The position numbers and the translations under genes are program-made. From Octopus bimaculoides (lineage: Eukaryota), in NCBI RefSeq assembly GCF_001194135.2, contig NC_068981.1, forward strand, positions 180,686,244 to 180,750,243: 64,000 bases of DNA, written 5' to 3'. The first letter of the stretch is position 1, and every line of letters begins with the position of its first letter. A model generated the notes under the pieces. The model worked only from the letters and a program-made list of their open reading frames with translations, was not told where the DNA came from and ran no database searches. Positions 37,951 through 51,031 of the stretch are shown here, piece by piece.

Positions 37951-38090
37951 TCATATTAATCGTTCTGTCGGAGGCAGTTTCCAAACATTACCAAGCTCAA
38001 CACGAGTTCCTGACATTTCCTGTCGACTTGGACTGTATGTTCCACTTGTAGCTCTCTTTTTGCGAGTTGTGATTAAGAAATAAGTAACAG
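37951..38090 (-). CDS. crb: Crumbs last exon, cytoplasmic tail: (A)[45 protein letters not shown]
   Basis: ttttcag acceptor, phase 1; GTYSPS..E and terminal ERLI. Confidence 0.97.
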
Positions 38091-38680
38091 CTGAAAATGT
38101 AAAGAAAATAATGTAACTTAATTCAACAGACAAAAGCAAGAAAGTTTTGTTAAATAATCAATAATATTCAAATATTTAAAATCTAAAATATTTACATAAA
38201 ATATCAATAACATTTCAAATTCAATCAGTTCAAATATTAATTTCTGGCTAGTAAAAGATTTGGTTAAAAAGAAAGTTGACCACTGAACTCACTATTACCT
38301 CTAGTACACCTCTCTTCATCAAAGCCCACTCAATCCACCCTATCTCCTATTTGTGTGTGTGTGTATAAGGGTTGGCATCAGGAAGGGCATCTAGCTGTAA
38401 AAGCCATGCCAGCTCCTGTCAAGCCATCCAGCCCATGCCAGCATGGAGAAGTGATTTTAAATGATGATGATGATGATGATATATATACATTAGCATAACT
38501 TAGAATAGCTTAAGGACTGAGATATATGTGGCTGTGTGGTAAGAAGCTTGCTTCCCAACCACATGATTCCAGGTTCAGTCTGGCTGCGTGGCACCTTGGG
38601 CAAGTGTCTATTGCTATCGTCTCAGGCCGACCAAAGCCTTGTGAGGGGATTTGGTAGACGGAAACTGAAAGAAGCCCATC

Positions 38681-38724
<44 letters not shown>

Positions 38725-39535
38725 ATATTACAAATTAAAAGGGTATATGGTGAAGCAAATGCTTGCTGATCCCTTAATTATGTATATACATATATATTTA
38801 TGTGTTTTTACATCCCTGTAATCTAGCAGTTCAGTAAAAGAGACCGATAGAATAAGCACCAGGCTTACAAAGAATAAGTCCAGGGGTAGATTTCTTCAAC
38901 TAAAAGGCAGTGATCCAGCATGGTTGCAGTCAAATGACTGAAACAAGTAAAAGAATAAAAGAATATATGTGTAGTGAGTGATATTTTAGGCCAAATAACA
39001 GTGAGCAAACACATAGTGAACTGTGAACAGAAATTCAGTGTTGTAACAGTGCATGTGACCCCAGTTTAATAAGAAACTGCAGTGATAGGTGAGGGAATAA
39101 AAAGAATTCTGTTATTTAAGCATTGAAATTAGTGCCAGGAGTTCCAAAGGGAGTAGAAAACACCGTTTTAGGATTGGAAGTGGTGAGATGGGAAAATTTT
39201 AGAAAACAAACCTACCTGCTGTAGAACATCAGAAGTAAAAGAGAACAGAAAAGAAAGAGGAAGAAATATGTTAAAACAAATTTGTAACACATGAATATAG
39301 CAACATCAAATATATGAAAGAAGAAAATGTTATGTAAAAAATTATTTGAATTTTTTCTAAAATGTTTCCCAGGGTGCAGAAGTGGCTGTGTGGTAAGTAG
39401 CTTGCTTACCAACCACATGGTTTCGGGTTCAGTCCCACTGCGTGGCACCTTAGGCAAGTGTCATCTTCTATAGCCTCAGGCCGACCAAAGCCTTGTGAGT
39501 GGATTTGGTAGACGGAAACTGAAAGAAGCCCGTCG

Positions 39536-39588
<53 letters not shown>

Positions 39589-40004
39589 TAGTGTGTCTGT
39601 GTTTGTCACCCCAACATCGCTTGACAACTGATGCTGGTGTGTTTACGTCCCTGTAACTTAGCGGTTCAGCAAAAGTGACCAATAGAATAAGTACTAGGCT
39701 TACAAAGATTAAGTCCTGGGGTCGATTTGATCCACTAAAGGCGGTGCTCCAGCATGGCCGCAGTCAAATGACTGACACAACTAAAAGAGTAAAGAGTATA
39801 GCAAAAGAAAAAAGAGAAATATAAAAACCTTTGGCGAAATTAATTACTTAGAGAATGGTTGTGTGGTATGAAACTTGCTTCTCAACCACATGGTTCTGGG
39901 TTCAGTCTCACAGCATGGTACCCTGGACACCATTTCTTCTATTATAGCTCTGTGCCAACTAAAGCCTTGTGAGTGGATTTAGTAGGTGGAAACTACAAGA
40001 AGTC

Positions 40005-40042
<38 letters not shown>

Positions 40043-40651
40043 GTATCCTTGCATTAACAACACATGATAATTGTACAGGAGTGTCACAATCATACAAGCA
40101 GTGTCGATCATTTACAATATTTTGTGAAAATGTGTCTGGATAAAGGTGAGGGTTGGCAACAGGGAGGGCATCCAGCTACAGCTGATCAGTCTCAACAAAT
40201 TTCATTTGATTGACTGAGCAGTATTCTAATATGAATAGTTATTACAGCAGGTCAGCAACTGGTCAAGACTGAAGTATATATATATATTTTTTTTAATGTT
40301 TTGGCATTGTTATTACATGTATATGAATGATAATCAAGAGAGATCATAAAAGACCACAAAGCCAAGATTTTGTTACTCCTCTAAATTGTGTATTGTTTTA
40401 ATACTTTGTCTAATAAATATATTTTGTTGTTGTTGAAACCTTGGTTGCCACAAGTTTCACCCTCATTGTTTAATGTCCACTCTTCCATGCTTGCATGGGT
40501 CAGACAGAATTTACTGAGGCTCTGCATTAGTGGATATAAGTTCTTTATTTGTTAAATTAGGCTACCATTGGTTTCATGCCCAGAAAAGTAGGAAAATATT
40601 GTTAAGACAATAGGATATTTTCCTACTTTTCTTAAATGGAAGCCTTAATTC

Positions 40652-40701
<50 letters not shown>

Positions 40702-43700
40702 CCCCCAGACAGAAGTTAAACTGTTTTTACTTCAAATTTTTATAATTTTTTACTTGTATTTGATGAGATGAGATACATTGAAACTAGTAATATTGCCTTT
40801 ATATAATTTTTAAAATCATTTTTATCAAATTCCCTCTTAAAATGAAATGCCTTAGATTTACTTCTGTGCTATTTCCACTTCCATCGTTTGTGTGTGTGTG
40901 TGTGTAAAGGCATGTGGCCCAGTGGTTAGGGTGCTGCACTCATGATCTAGCAATCGTGGGTTCAATTCCTGGACTGAGTGACACATTGTGTTCATGAACA
41001 AAACATTTTCATGTTGCTGCAGTCCACTCAGCCTTCCAATCAGGGTGAATGTTGGCCTGCTCGCCTTGCAGGGTGGCATCATTCAAAAGCTAAAACAATG
41101 CAAATCACATTGTGTAAAAGCATCTGATAGTCTGGTTGAACCTGTGATATATATATGAGCATATGTGCATGTAACAGAAAGATAAACGGACAGTTTGTAA
41201 TGGATATTATAGTAAAAAATGTTTTATGTACTTACCAATGATAGCTACTAATACAAGAAGGACAACAGCAATAATGATGTATATATAATAATCTGTTTCT
41301 GAATTATTCACCTGAATAAAAAAGAAACAAAATATTAATCATATCCATTTCTGTTATCATAATGTTCATCATTACTGTATAATGATAACAAATATACATG
41401 TATAATACAGAACCACATTAAAATACAAATACAAAACTGATTAAAGCACAAACAGGAACAAAGAAAAAGAGAAAGAAAGAAAAATACATCAATTCAATGC
41501 TAAGTGCTTCAATTGGTCGCACACCACAAGGTTCAATGGAACCTACTGAAGCAAGCCAATATGCATGCAGCAATACTGTAGGCAATGGAGAAGCTAAGGC
41601 ATTGGAACAAACTTCACAGGCATCACCTGACACCCGGTAAGGTGAGAAACAATGCTGCATCAAAATTCTGTAAGCACAATATATTGTAGTATAGATGCAT
41701 TCATCTTAAATAATCATGGGAAGCTAAATGTTAAAACAGTTACCATTATTGAACTCACATACTTAATATGTTTTGTTTAATTGCTTTTTGACTGCAGTAT
41801 TTCATCTTGGGAAAATCCCTTTAACACGTTAATTGCCACATATACCGGTGGTGTTTTATTACAAACATCCACAACTGCACCAGCAGTGGTACATTTTCCT
41901 AATTTGAGAAAATATTTTATTTTGAATTTTTAACATGATTTCGAGGATATTTAAATAACATCAGTGTTAAATATTAAAGTTTAAAATAGGAGAGTATTGT
42001 AGTTCGCTTGAAGCACTGTGTATTGTTTGTAAAGAATAAAAAGTTTTGAATGGTACAACAATGCACTATAATACAAAAAAATGGACTATATACCTGTTGT
42101 AATTTAGTTATCATCGGACTATGGATAACTGAATTACAACAGGAATATAGAGTTTATTTTTTGTATTATAGTGGATTGTTGTACCATTCAAAACTTTTTA
42201 TTCTATTAAAGTTTAATTACAAAACATTGTAAAAATGCAAAACAGTTAAATTTCCTTCTAATTAAACAGTATGCAGTTTGACTGAAAAGAATGTGGCATC
42301 ACTGGCAAGTTGCAGTAATAGACTGGCAGTTAACCTGTTAAGATATCAAGAGTTAAAAAACACAGTGTATCTCAAAACCAGGCAAAATAAATTGTTCCAT
42401 AGGTGAATGAGAATGATGGATATAGGTACATCACTGTTATTTCAGCTCATTGACACGGGTATACCTGAGTCACTCTTGAAATGAGTACACTGGTCTAAGG
42501 TATGCAAATAGTATAAAATCTATTTACTGATATGCGACAGTGCTACACGAGTAAAACAAAATTAAATTTTGAGTTAGAATTAGCTCTAATAACGAAAATA
42601 TTACTGAAAGTCACATACTTAAATGTGTTTTATTTAAATGCTTTTCAGCTGCAGGAATTCATCCTGGGAAAGCCCCTTTTAAGACATTGAGTGTTATTGC
42701 AAAACCAGGTAAACTAAATCACTCTGTAGGTGACCAAGAATGGTAGATATCGATATATTGTTGTTATTTTAGCTTTATCGGTACCATATACCCATAAAGC
42801 ATTTTTAATCCCACCAAAGTCAACCTTACTTTTCACCTTTTTGGAATTGACAAAATAGCACCAATCCTGAGAGGTGAATTGGTTGAACTTTTACAGTGTT
42901 GGACACAATGCCTTGTGGTATTTTGATCAAGGTCTTAGCTTTCTGACAGCTGTGGTTACAATAATGCCAAGCTGTATTGATCCAAGCTGGTGACTATTGC
43001 CACAAATAAACATGGGTGCTGTGGAGTAGAAAAACTTCTACCTAGGGACAACTATCAGTTTTTCTTCAAAAGAAATTACCTAAGTTTGCATAAACATGTG
43101 AAGATGCATGCTCAACTTAGATCAATGGAGTCCACCATCCCACACCTTGTTCTCAATTTCATTCACAGATTTCCAAAATCCCAAAATCCCAAAAGTCTTT
43201 GAAGAAGAATTCCACCCAAAATATCATAAATACCTTCACTTCACACTACACAAAGTTATTATATGAATTCTAGTCCAGTGAAGGCTTTTGGCAGGTAAGT
43301 TGAAGACGAAAAAAAAAAACGATAATATAAAAACATATTTATTCATTCATTTATCTTTTACTTGTTTCAGTCATCGAACTGTGGTCATTATTTGAAGAGA
43401 TTTAGTTGAACAAATCATCCCCAGGACCTTCCTTTTTTTAAGTTTGATATTTATTCAACCAGACCTATTTGCTAAACTGCTAAGTTACTGAGATATAAAC
43501 AAATCAACATAAGTTGTCAAGCAGTGGTGTGGGACAACATAAATACAAAGACACATATATATATACATTATTTAGGTGTGCTTCCCAACCACAGGGTTCC
43601 AGGTTCAGTCCCCTTTGTGGCACCTTGGGCAAGTGTCTCCTAATATAGCCTTGGGCCAACTAAAGCCTTGTGAGTGGATTTTGGAGATAGAAACTGAAAG

Positions 43701-44244
43701 AAGGCCATCATGTGTGTATGTATATCATCATCATCATCGTTTAACGTCCGCTTTCTATGCTAGCATGGGTTGGACTATTTGACTGAGGACTGGTGAAACC
43801 AGATGGCTACACCAGGCTCCAATCTAATTTGGCAGAGTTTCTACAGCTGGATGCCCTTCCTAACGCCAACCACTCTGAGAGTGTAGTGGGTGCTTTTACA
43901 TGCCACCGGAACGAAGGCCAGTCAGGAGGTACTGGCAACGGCCACGCTCAAAATGGTGTATTTTACGTGCCACCCGCACATTATATATATATATTTATAT
44001 ATATATATATATATNNNNNNNNNNNNNNNNNNNNNNNNNNNNNNNNNNNNNNNNNNNNNNNNNNNNNNNNNNNNNNNNNNNNNNNNNNNNNNNNNNNNNN
44101 NNNNNNNNNNNNNNNNNNNNNNNNNNNNNNNNNNNNNNNNNNNNNNNNNNNNNNNNNNNNNNNNNNNNNNNNNNNNNNNNNNNNNNNNNNNNNNNNNNNN
44201 NNNNNNNNNNNNNNNNNNNNATATATATGTATATATATTATATG

Positions 44245-44283
<39 letters not shown>

Positions 44284-45779
44284 CTGTGTCTGTGTTTGTC
44301 CCCTCATTACCTCTTGACAACTGGTGTTGGTGTATTTACATCCCTGTAACTAGCAGTTTGGCAAACAAGACTAATAGAATAAGTACTAGGCTTAAAAAAA
44401 TAAGTCCTGAGGTTGGTTTGTTCGAGAAAAACACTTCAAGGTGGTGCTCCAGCATGGCCGCAGTCAAATGACTGAAACAAGTAAAAGAATAAAAGAATAT
44501 ATATATGTGTGTGTGTGCGTTGTGTACACATACATACACACACACATACACAGATTCTTCCAGTTTCTGTCAATCAAATCCACTCAGATGGCTTTGGTTG
44601 CCCCAAAAAGACACATGCCCAAGGTGCCACACAGCTGGATTGAATCCAAAACCACATGGTTGAGAAGTAAGCTTCTCAACCACACAACCATGCTTGTGCC
44701 TTTCTTATTTATTTATCTATTTAATTACTTATGTTTTTATCAGTCTCCAGAATTAGATGATATGAAACAGGGTTAAGTATAGCTGGAGGCCATTCTTAAC
44801 ATTAACCACTTTCTCATTAATAGTTATTGACTTTTGGAGTGAGGTATATTAAAAGTCAGTCACCTTTTATAGTTAGAACATAAGGTGGCTGATAAATAAA
44901 AAGCTTGAAAGACAAAATATATAGGTTAAAACGTCTGCTTTGTAACCAACCATATGGCTCCAGATTAGATCTTCAAAGCATGGCACCTTCAGCAGGTATC
45001 TTCTACAATTGATCTGTGAGTGAATTCGATACATGGAAAGTGTGCAGGAGTCCATCGTGTGTGTTTGTGTGTGTGTGTGTATATGTAACATTTATCTTTT
45101 ACTAGTTTTGGTCGTTAGACTGCGGCCATGCTGGGACACAACCTTGGGAGATTTTAGTTGAACAAATCGACCATTGTACTGGTTTTTTGTTTTCCAAGCC
45201 TGGTACTTATTTTATTGGTCTCTTTTGTCAAACCGCTAAGTTACCAGGCATAAATACACCAACACTGATTGTCCAGCAGTGGTGGGGGACAAACACGGAC
45301 ACCAAGACACACACATACTACATATTAAAAAAAAAAGAAGGGACATATCAAACAATATGGTCTGAGATGGTCATGACTGGAATGTCATTTTGATCACTGG
45401 AATATTTTAGATCAGAACAGACATGGACAACAACAACAACAAAATAAGAATAAATTAAAACTCACCACAGCAGAACATGAACTCCCACTGTAACCCGGAA
45501 AACAAGCGCATGTGAAATTAGGTTTGGTTTTATCTTGACTGGGCTGATAAGAACAGTTTCCTTTATTCTGGCAAGGATTTTTTGAACATGGATCTTCTAG
45601 ATGACAATTATTCCCTAGATAATTATTTGGACAAATACAAACATAGCTTCCCACATTGTTTTTACATGAGCCACCATTTTGGCAAGGATTCATTTTGCAT
45701 TCATCTATATCTTGATCACAGAGACGACCCTCGAAACCTGTAGTCAATAAAGAAAGTAGTTAGAAATATTAACACACAC

Positions 45780-45821
<42 letters not shown>

Positions 45822-48800
45822 TTTTATATACAATAATTTAATCGGGGTATTGGGGTATATATAACCATAGTGTCTAACATATTGAGTTCATTCACGGACA
45901 CTGGCTATCAAAAACACACACACACTTGTACAACTGTTGATAGAATAGCATCTAAGTAAGCAACCCTATCTGACTATGGAAACAATAAACCAAAGATACT
46001 CACTCTGTAACATTGAAAGCATTTTTGATTGTAGATTACTATAATCATTTGCTCAGAACTTCCATAAAGCATAACAAAAAATAATATTGGTAGTCAAGGA
46101 CTACCAAACTATCCAATCAGGATAAAGACTGACAAGTGGAAGAGCAGGTATAGAGTTTTGTAGGTAACTGTACGTTAAGGACAGATTCGTCAGTGGGATT
46201 TGTGTCAGGTGGATAGCCTAACCCTTTTGCATTCAGCTGACTCTGTCAAATGTAATCTTTATTTATTCAGGTTGTTTTGAATTAATCATACATTATCTTG
46301 CAGTTTTGAAATTTTAATGATGTGATTGCTTATTATTACAATGACATTGTTAGGATGGTGTGTGGTGGTGGTGGTGGGGGGGGCAAATCTGGCCAGGTAG
46401 AAAATTTGGGGCCAGATATGGCCAGATTGATATAATATTTGAAGGCATAAAAGATGTATAGGTATATTAAATGCACCTCAATTTCAGCAATGCATATTCA
46501 GGAAAGAAGATTTTACTAGATTAAATCATGTAATCTAGGCCCAACTTTGTGTATAGGACCAAGGGCAATTTTTTCGAGACATTTTTTTAGGGAAAAAAAA
46601 AATGCATCTTATGTACCATAAAATATGGTATTTGTATCTTAATTGTATACCTAGTAGCACTGATACTTACATTTGTGCATATTTATATCCACAAACACTT
46701 CATTTATAAGTGTAAAGAACACTGATGTGTATGTAATAACCACCGTTATCATTGAACTCTCTTCATTATAAAGCATTTACAAGTTACAATTGAAGACTAT
46801 TTAGCTTCGCCTTACTGGCACTCATGCCAGTGGCATGTGAACAAAACATTGGACTGACTCCTGTGCAGGTGGCACGTAAAACAACACCATTTGAGCGTGG
46901 CCGTTGCCAGTACTGCCAGACTGGCCCTCATGCCGGTGGCACATAAAAAGCACCCACTACACTCTTGGAGTGATTGACGTTAGGAAGGGCATCCAGCTGT
47001 AGAAACTCTGCCAGATCAGATTGGAGTCTGGTGTAGCCGTCTGGTTCGCCAGTCCCCAGTCAAATCGTCCAACCTATGCTAGCATGGAAAGTGGACGTTA
47101 AATGATGATGATGGACTTATGTTGCATGCTTTCAGAAGCAGAGTCCATAAATCTCTGTAGGAGTACAATGTAATAATGTACATTATTCAGTCACTACACA
47201 TTGCTGAACAACCCCTTTGGTGACCAAATACAGATGACATACATCAGCCTACAATTCAGGACTTGCATTTAGAAAAGATTCTGCTCTTATTTAGTCATCT
47301 TTTTATTTCTTTGGCATTTGAGTGACAGAAAATAACAAACTCTATAGTCTCATTAGTGAGATGAATAACTTACAAGTTGCCTACAACTGCTCACAGAAAA
47401 AAAGAAATACTAGATAGATGGTCACAATTAGAATGCTTTCGATCATAAATTTACTCAATAAGGCCAAACACTAAATAGCTTTAGGTTCAGTTTTCATTTA
47501 GAATTAGTAAAATGTAACTAGAGAATACTCACCGTCTGCACACTGACACGTATAGTTTTGTGCAGTACAATCTTGAATACATGTACCATTTTGACACGGT
47601 TCAGAAATACAAGGACCTTTACACTGGCAAAATACTCCTTCAGTCAAAAACAAAACAAAAAATAACATGAGAAGTTATACAATTAAATAGTTTCATCATT
47701 CTCATCACTAAATTATATTCAAAGTATTCAGATATAAAAACTGTACTTTTGACATATTCAAATCCCTTCTTTCCATTTCTAACATGAAGCTCTTAAAAAA
47801 CACTATTTCACCAAAAACCAGCTTCTGAATTCACTTCTGCTGCATTTCTAGCAAAGGACTACAATTCTGGATTTTAAAAACAGTTTAAACTTCTTCCAGA
47901 ATAGTCATGACTATATTATGAATAAAGAGTTTTCTAGAAAGTCATTTCTGCTAATATCTTCTGTATCAAACAATTTGCTATACCAAACCATGTTACAGTG
48001 TTGGCACCTTGCTGATGTGTATGACAAACAAATCTTTTCTGAATAAGAAAACTGAGATAATTCTCTCTGATCCTTCTTTCATAATTGCATTTTATGGAAA
48101 CAACAGGATTTCTTGTGTTTGAATATGAAGATATTTATGAAGTGAGACATCAAATGTTAACCATCTCAATGAAACATAAAAAAGATGGATTTATATCAAT
48201 GGTTATCTGCCTAACATTATGAGGCCCAATTTACAGGTAAACAGATTGATCACACACACAACCAACAACGTAATTTTATAACTACATTTTTTGTATTTAT
48301 AACTCTATAGGCATAAAAACATATCTTCAGGTGAATTTTAGTATCGGCTCTTAAACTGGTTGTAGTTTTTATACACCTTAGTTCAGTCTTTTATCTTCAA
48401 GGGACAGATTTGATTAATAGTTCAGAGAACTAGTAAAAACATATAAATGGTAAATGATATAAAGATCCTCTTTGGTCACAAATTATCATGAAAGTTTCTA
48501 TCCAAGGCATAAGTCTGGACAAAGTTGTTTGTAGAAGACCAGCAGACATCCATGCATACCAGTCCCCTCTCTCAAATGCCACCAATATTGTCCAAAGGAA
48601 AGGTAAAGAGCAAAGGCCAATATAACTTGTTTCTACAGCCAAGTGAACTCGAGCAACGTGAAATAAAATGTCTTGCTCAAGAACACAACACACGTATCCT
48701 GGTCCAGGAATCAAACTCACAACCTCATGATTGTAAGCCTGACGCTTACACATGACTTCACAAGAAAAAGATATAATTGTACACAGAATGAAATGAAGTC

Positions 48801-50993
48801 AACCAAAAGCCATTCTAGTATATTTCTTTCTTTAATTAACAAATGAAGACAAGACCTTCAGTGGTGTCCTAACAATGCAATTGAATACAAAATATTATTT
48901 GCTTTGCACAAGCACACTAGTGAGTTTATATTTTGCTGACATCATAAAAATTCTATCTTTTTACAAGCAATAAAAGTTTGAAAGTGATCAGATATTTAAC
49001 CAGCCAGGAAAAAGTCACTGTAAGACCGAAAGCTACCACTAGGGAAAAACCGTATTTTATGAGTTCAAGCTGATATTCAAAGGTCATGTATTATAATAAT
49101 TGAGAGTTGAATGACAACAATCTAGTTGGCATTAAGAAGATTGTATCTCAGTGACAGGAAGGCATCCAACTGTAAAACACTATCTCAGAAAAATCATGGA
49201 AGAGTGGATGTAAAGTGTTAATAAGAAGATCTACTTCTAACAACACATCATCAAAGTTAAGGTAGCTACAGATCTGGTTGACTTGGTAGTAGTTTTATCT
49301 ATAGTCATTTCTGAATAATCACTCAAGTGTCGCATTAATTAGTAGAAAGGCTGAACTAGCTGACATTATTTGGTATAAAAAAATTAAAATACTGTCCACC
49401 CTCTGAGTGACATATTTTATAGGTTTATCAGTTAGCACCAATTGTACAAAATTAGTTTCTTGAATTTATTTCCTGCATACACACACATGTTTGTTGGAGG
49501 TAAATTAGGTAATTAGGTTCACCTGATACCTCACACCCATACAGGATTGTAGATACCCATTTAAATACCAGTGAAACTATGATACAAATTTCCTTATATA
49601 TTTAATGTCTAAACACACATAAACTTTATACACTTTCTTGTAATCATGCATTAATCAACTGTAACATTTGCACACATAAGCCACAACACATATACATATA
49701 TTTATTGCATACTGTAACTGTAGCTCATAAAATCACAGTTGCCACTTATCAAAAAAACATGAAGACAGGAAAATTCAGCCTACACATAGCAAGTGTTTCA
49801 CCAGAATAAACATTGAATGAAGTGATAATGGTGATATATTGTTTTTAATGTTAAACAGCAAAATCTTTAATTCTACAACTGTAGAGAGTAGAAGGACAGG
49901 ATTGGTGAAGTAGAAAGGAGCTTTTGGGAGGTGTTTACTAAGATAATACAAGAAATAATCACAAATAGCAGGTGAATAGTTGTTGGAAGCCATATTCAGA
50001 AGATTATAGTGCAATGGAGGGGAAAAAAGTGCTGAAATACAGAGTTTGACTTGGAGCATTTTCTATGAGTCTGATAGTAAGTTGACAATATTTAAGGAGG
50101 TGCTACACTAGATGGGCAGCAAGATTGAAGTCTACCTTCAAAATACTTTGGGCAGAGACAGAACCAGGCATCATCTGTGACAATACATTCACTGCCATAG
50201 TGACAATGAATGTTATGACAACTTGGAATGTCACAGCTTTTACCCTCAAAGCCTAGCTCAGGAATGCAATCACAAAAGTAACTGCCAACGATATTGTCAC
50301 ATGTCGAGTTATGTTGACATGGATTCTTTTCTGCATCTCGACATTCATCTATGTCTTCTGAACAAAGATAACCTGGGGAAAAATAGAAATCAAACAAAAC
50401 ATTGCTGCAGCAACACTTTCAGCTCAATCAAAAAATGAAAACAGTTAACAGGCAGGTGCAGGAGTGGCTGTGTTTTGGGTTTACTCCAAACTATGTAGCA
50501 CCTTGGGCAAGTGTCTTTTACTACATTTGAGTACGTATTTGGTTTGCTTTGGTTTGTAAGGCTGGATGCCTCTTCCATCACCAACCATCACACAGAGTGT
50601 ACTGGGTAGAATTAGAGAAGTTGTCATGTGCTACACAGGACAAGGCTAAAGGGTCCTCTCAACCTCAGGCTTTCTCCATTCATTTGCCAACCACTTTACT
50701 GTGTATTGGGCAAATTTTGTTGAGGCAGAAACACCATATACATACACATATATACTTGCACATGAGGTGGGGCTGAAAAGTTCCTAGCTTTGGGTAAAAG
50801 AAAATACAGGAGGATCAGTTAATTGTGATTTTATTCCCTTTCTCAGATCCACACTTATTGCAGCAGTCCTTCAATTTTTCTGAGCCCTGTAAAAGAACTT
50901 GGAAGGTTGGGCTTCCAACCAGGCTTTTCACAATATCCTTAAGGCCAGGAACTTTTCAGCAACCTCTTGCCTGTGTGTGTGTGCATATATATT

Positions 50994-51031
<38 letters not shown>

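Noticed and set aside
41430-41670. Unique segment with a - strand acceptor (possible secreted-isoform terminal exon [14 protein letters not shown]) and a + strand donor
   Set aside because: Only splice-like motifs and no homology; cannot be supported without transcripts.
4537-44471. All X-rich ORFs and [12 protein letters not shown] ORFs in the track
   Set aside because: Artefacts of N gaps and dinucleotide microsatellites.
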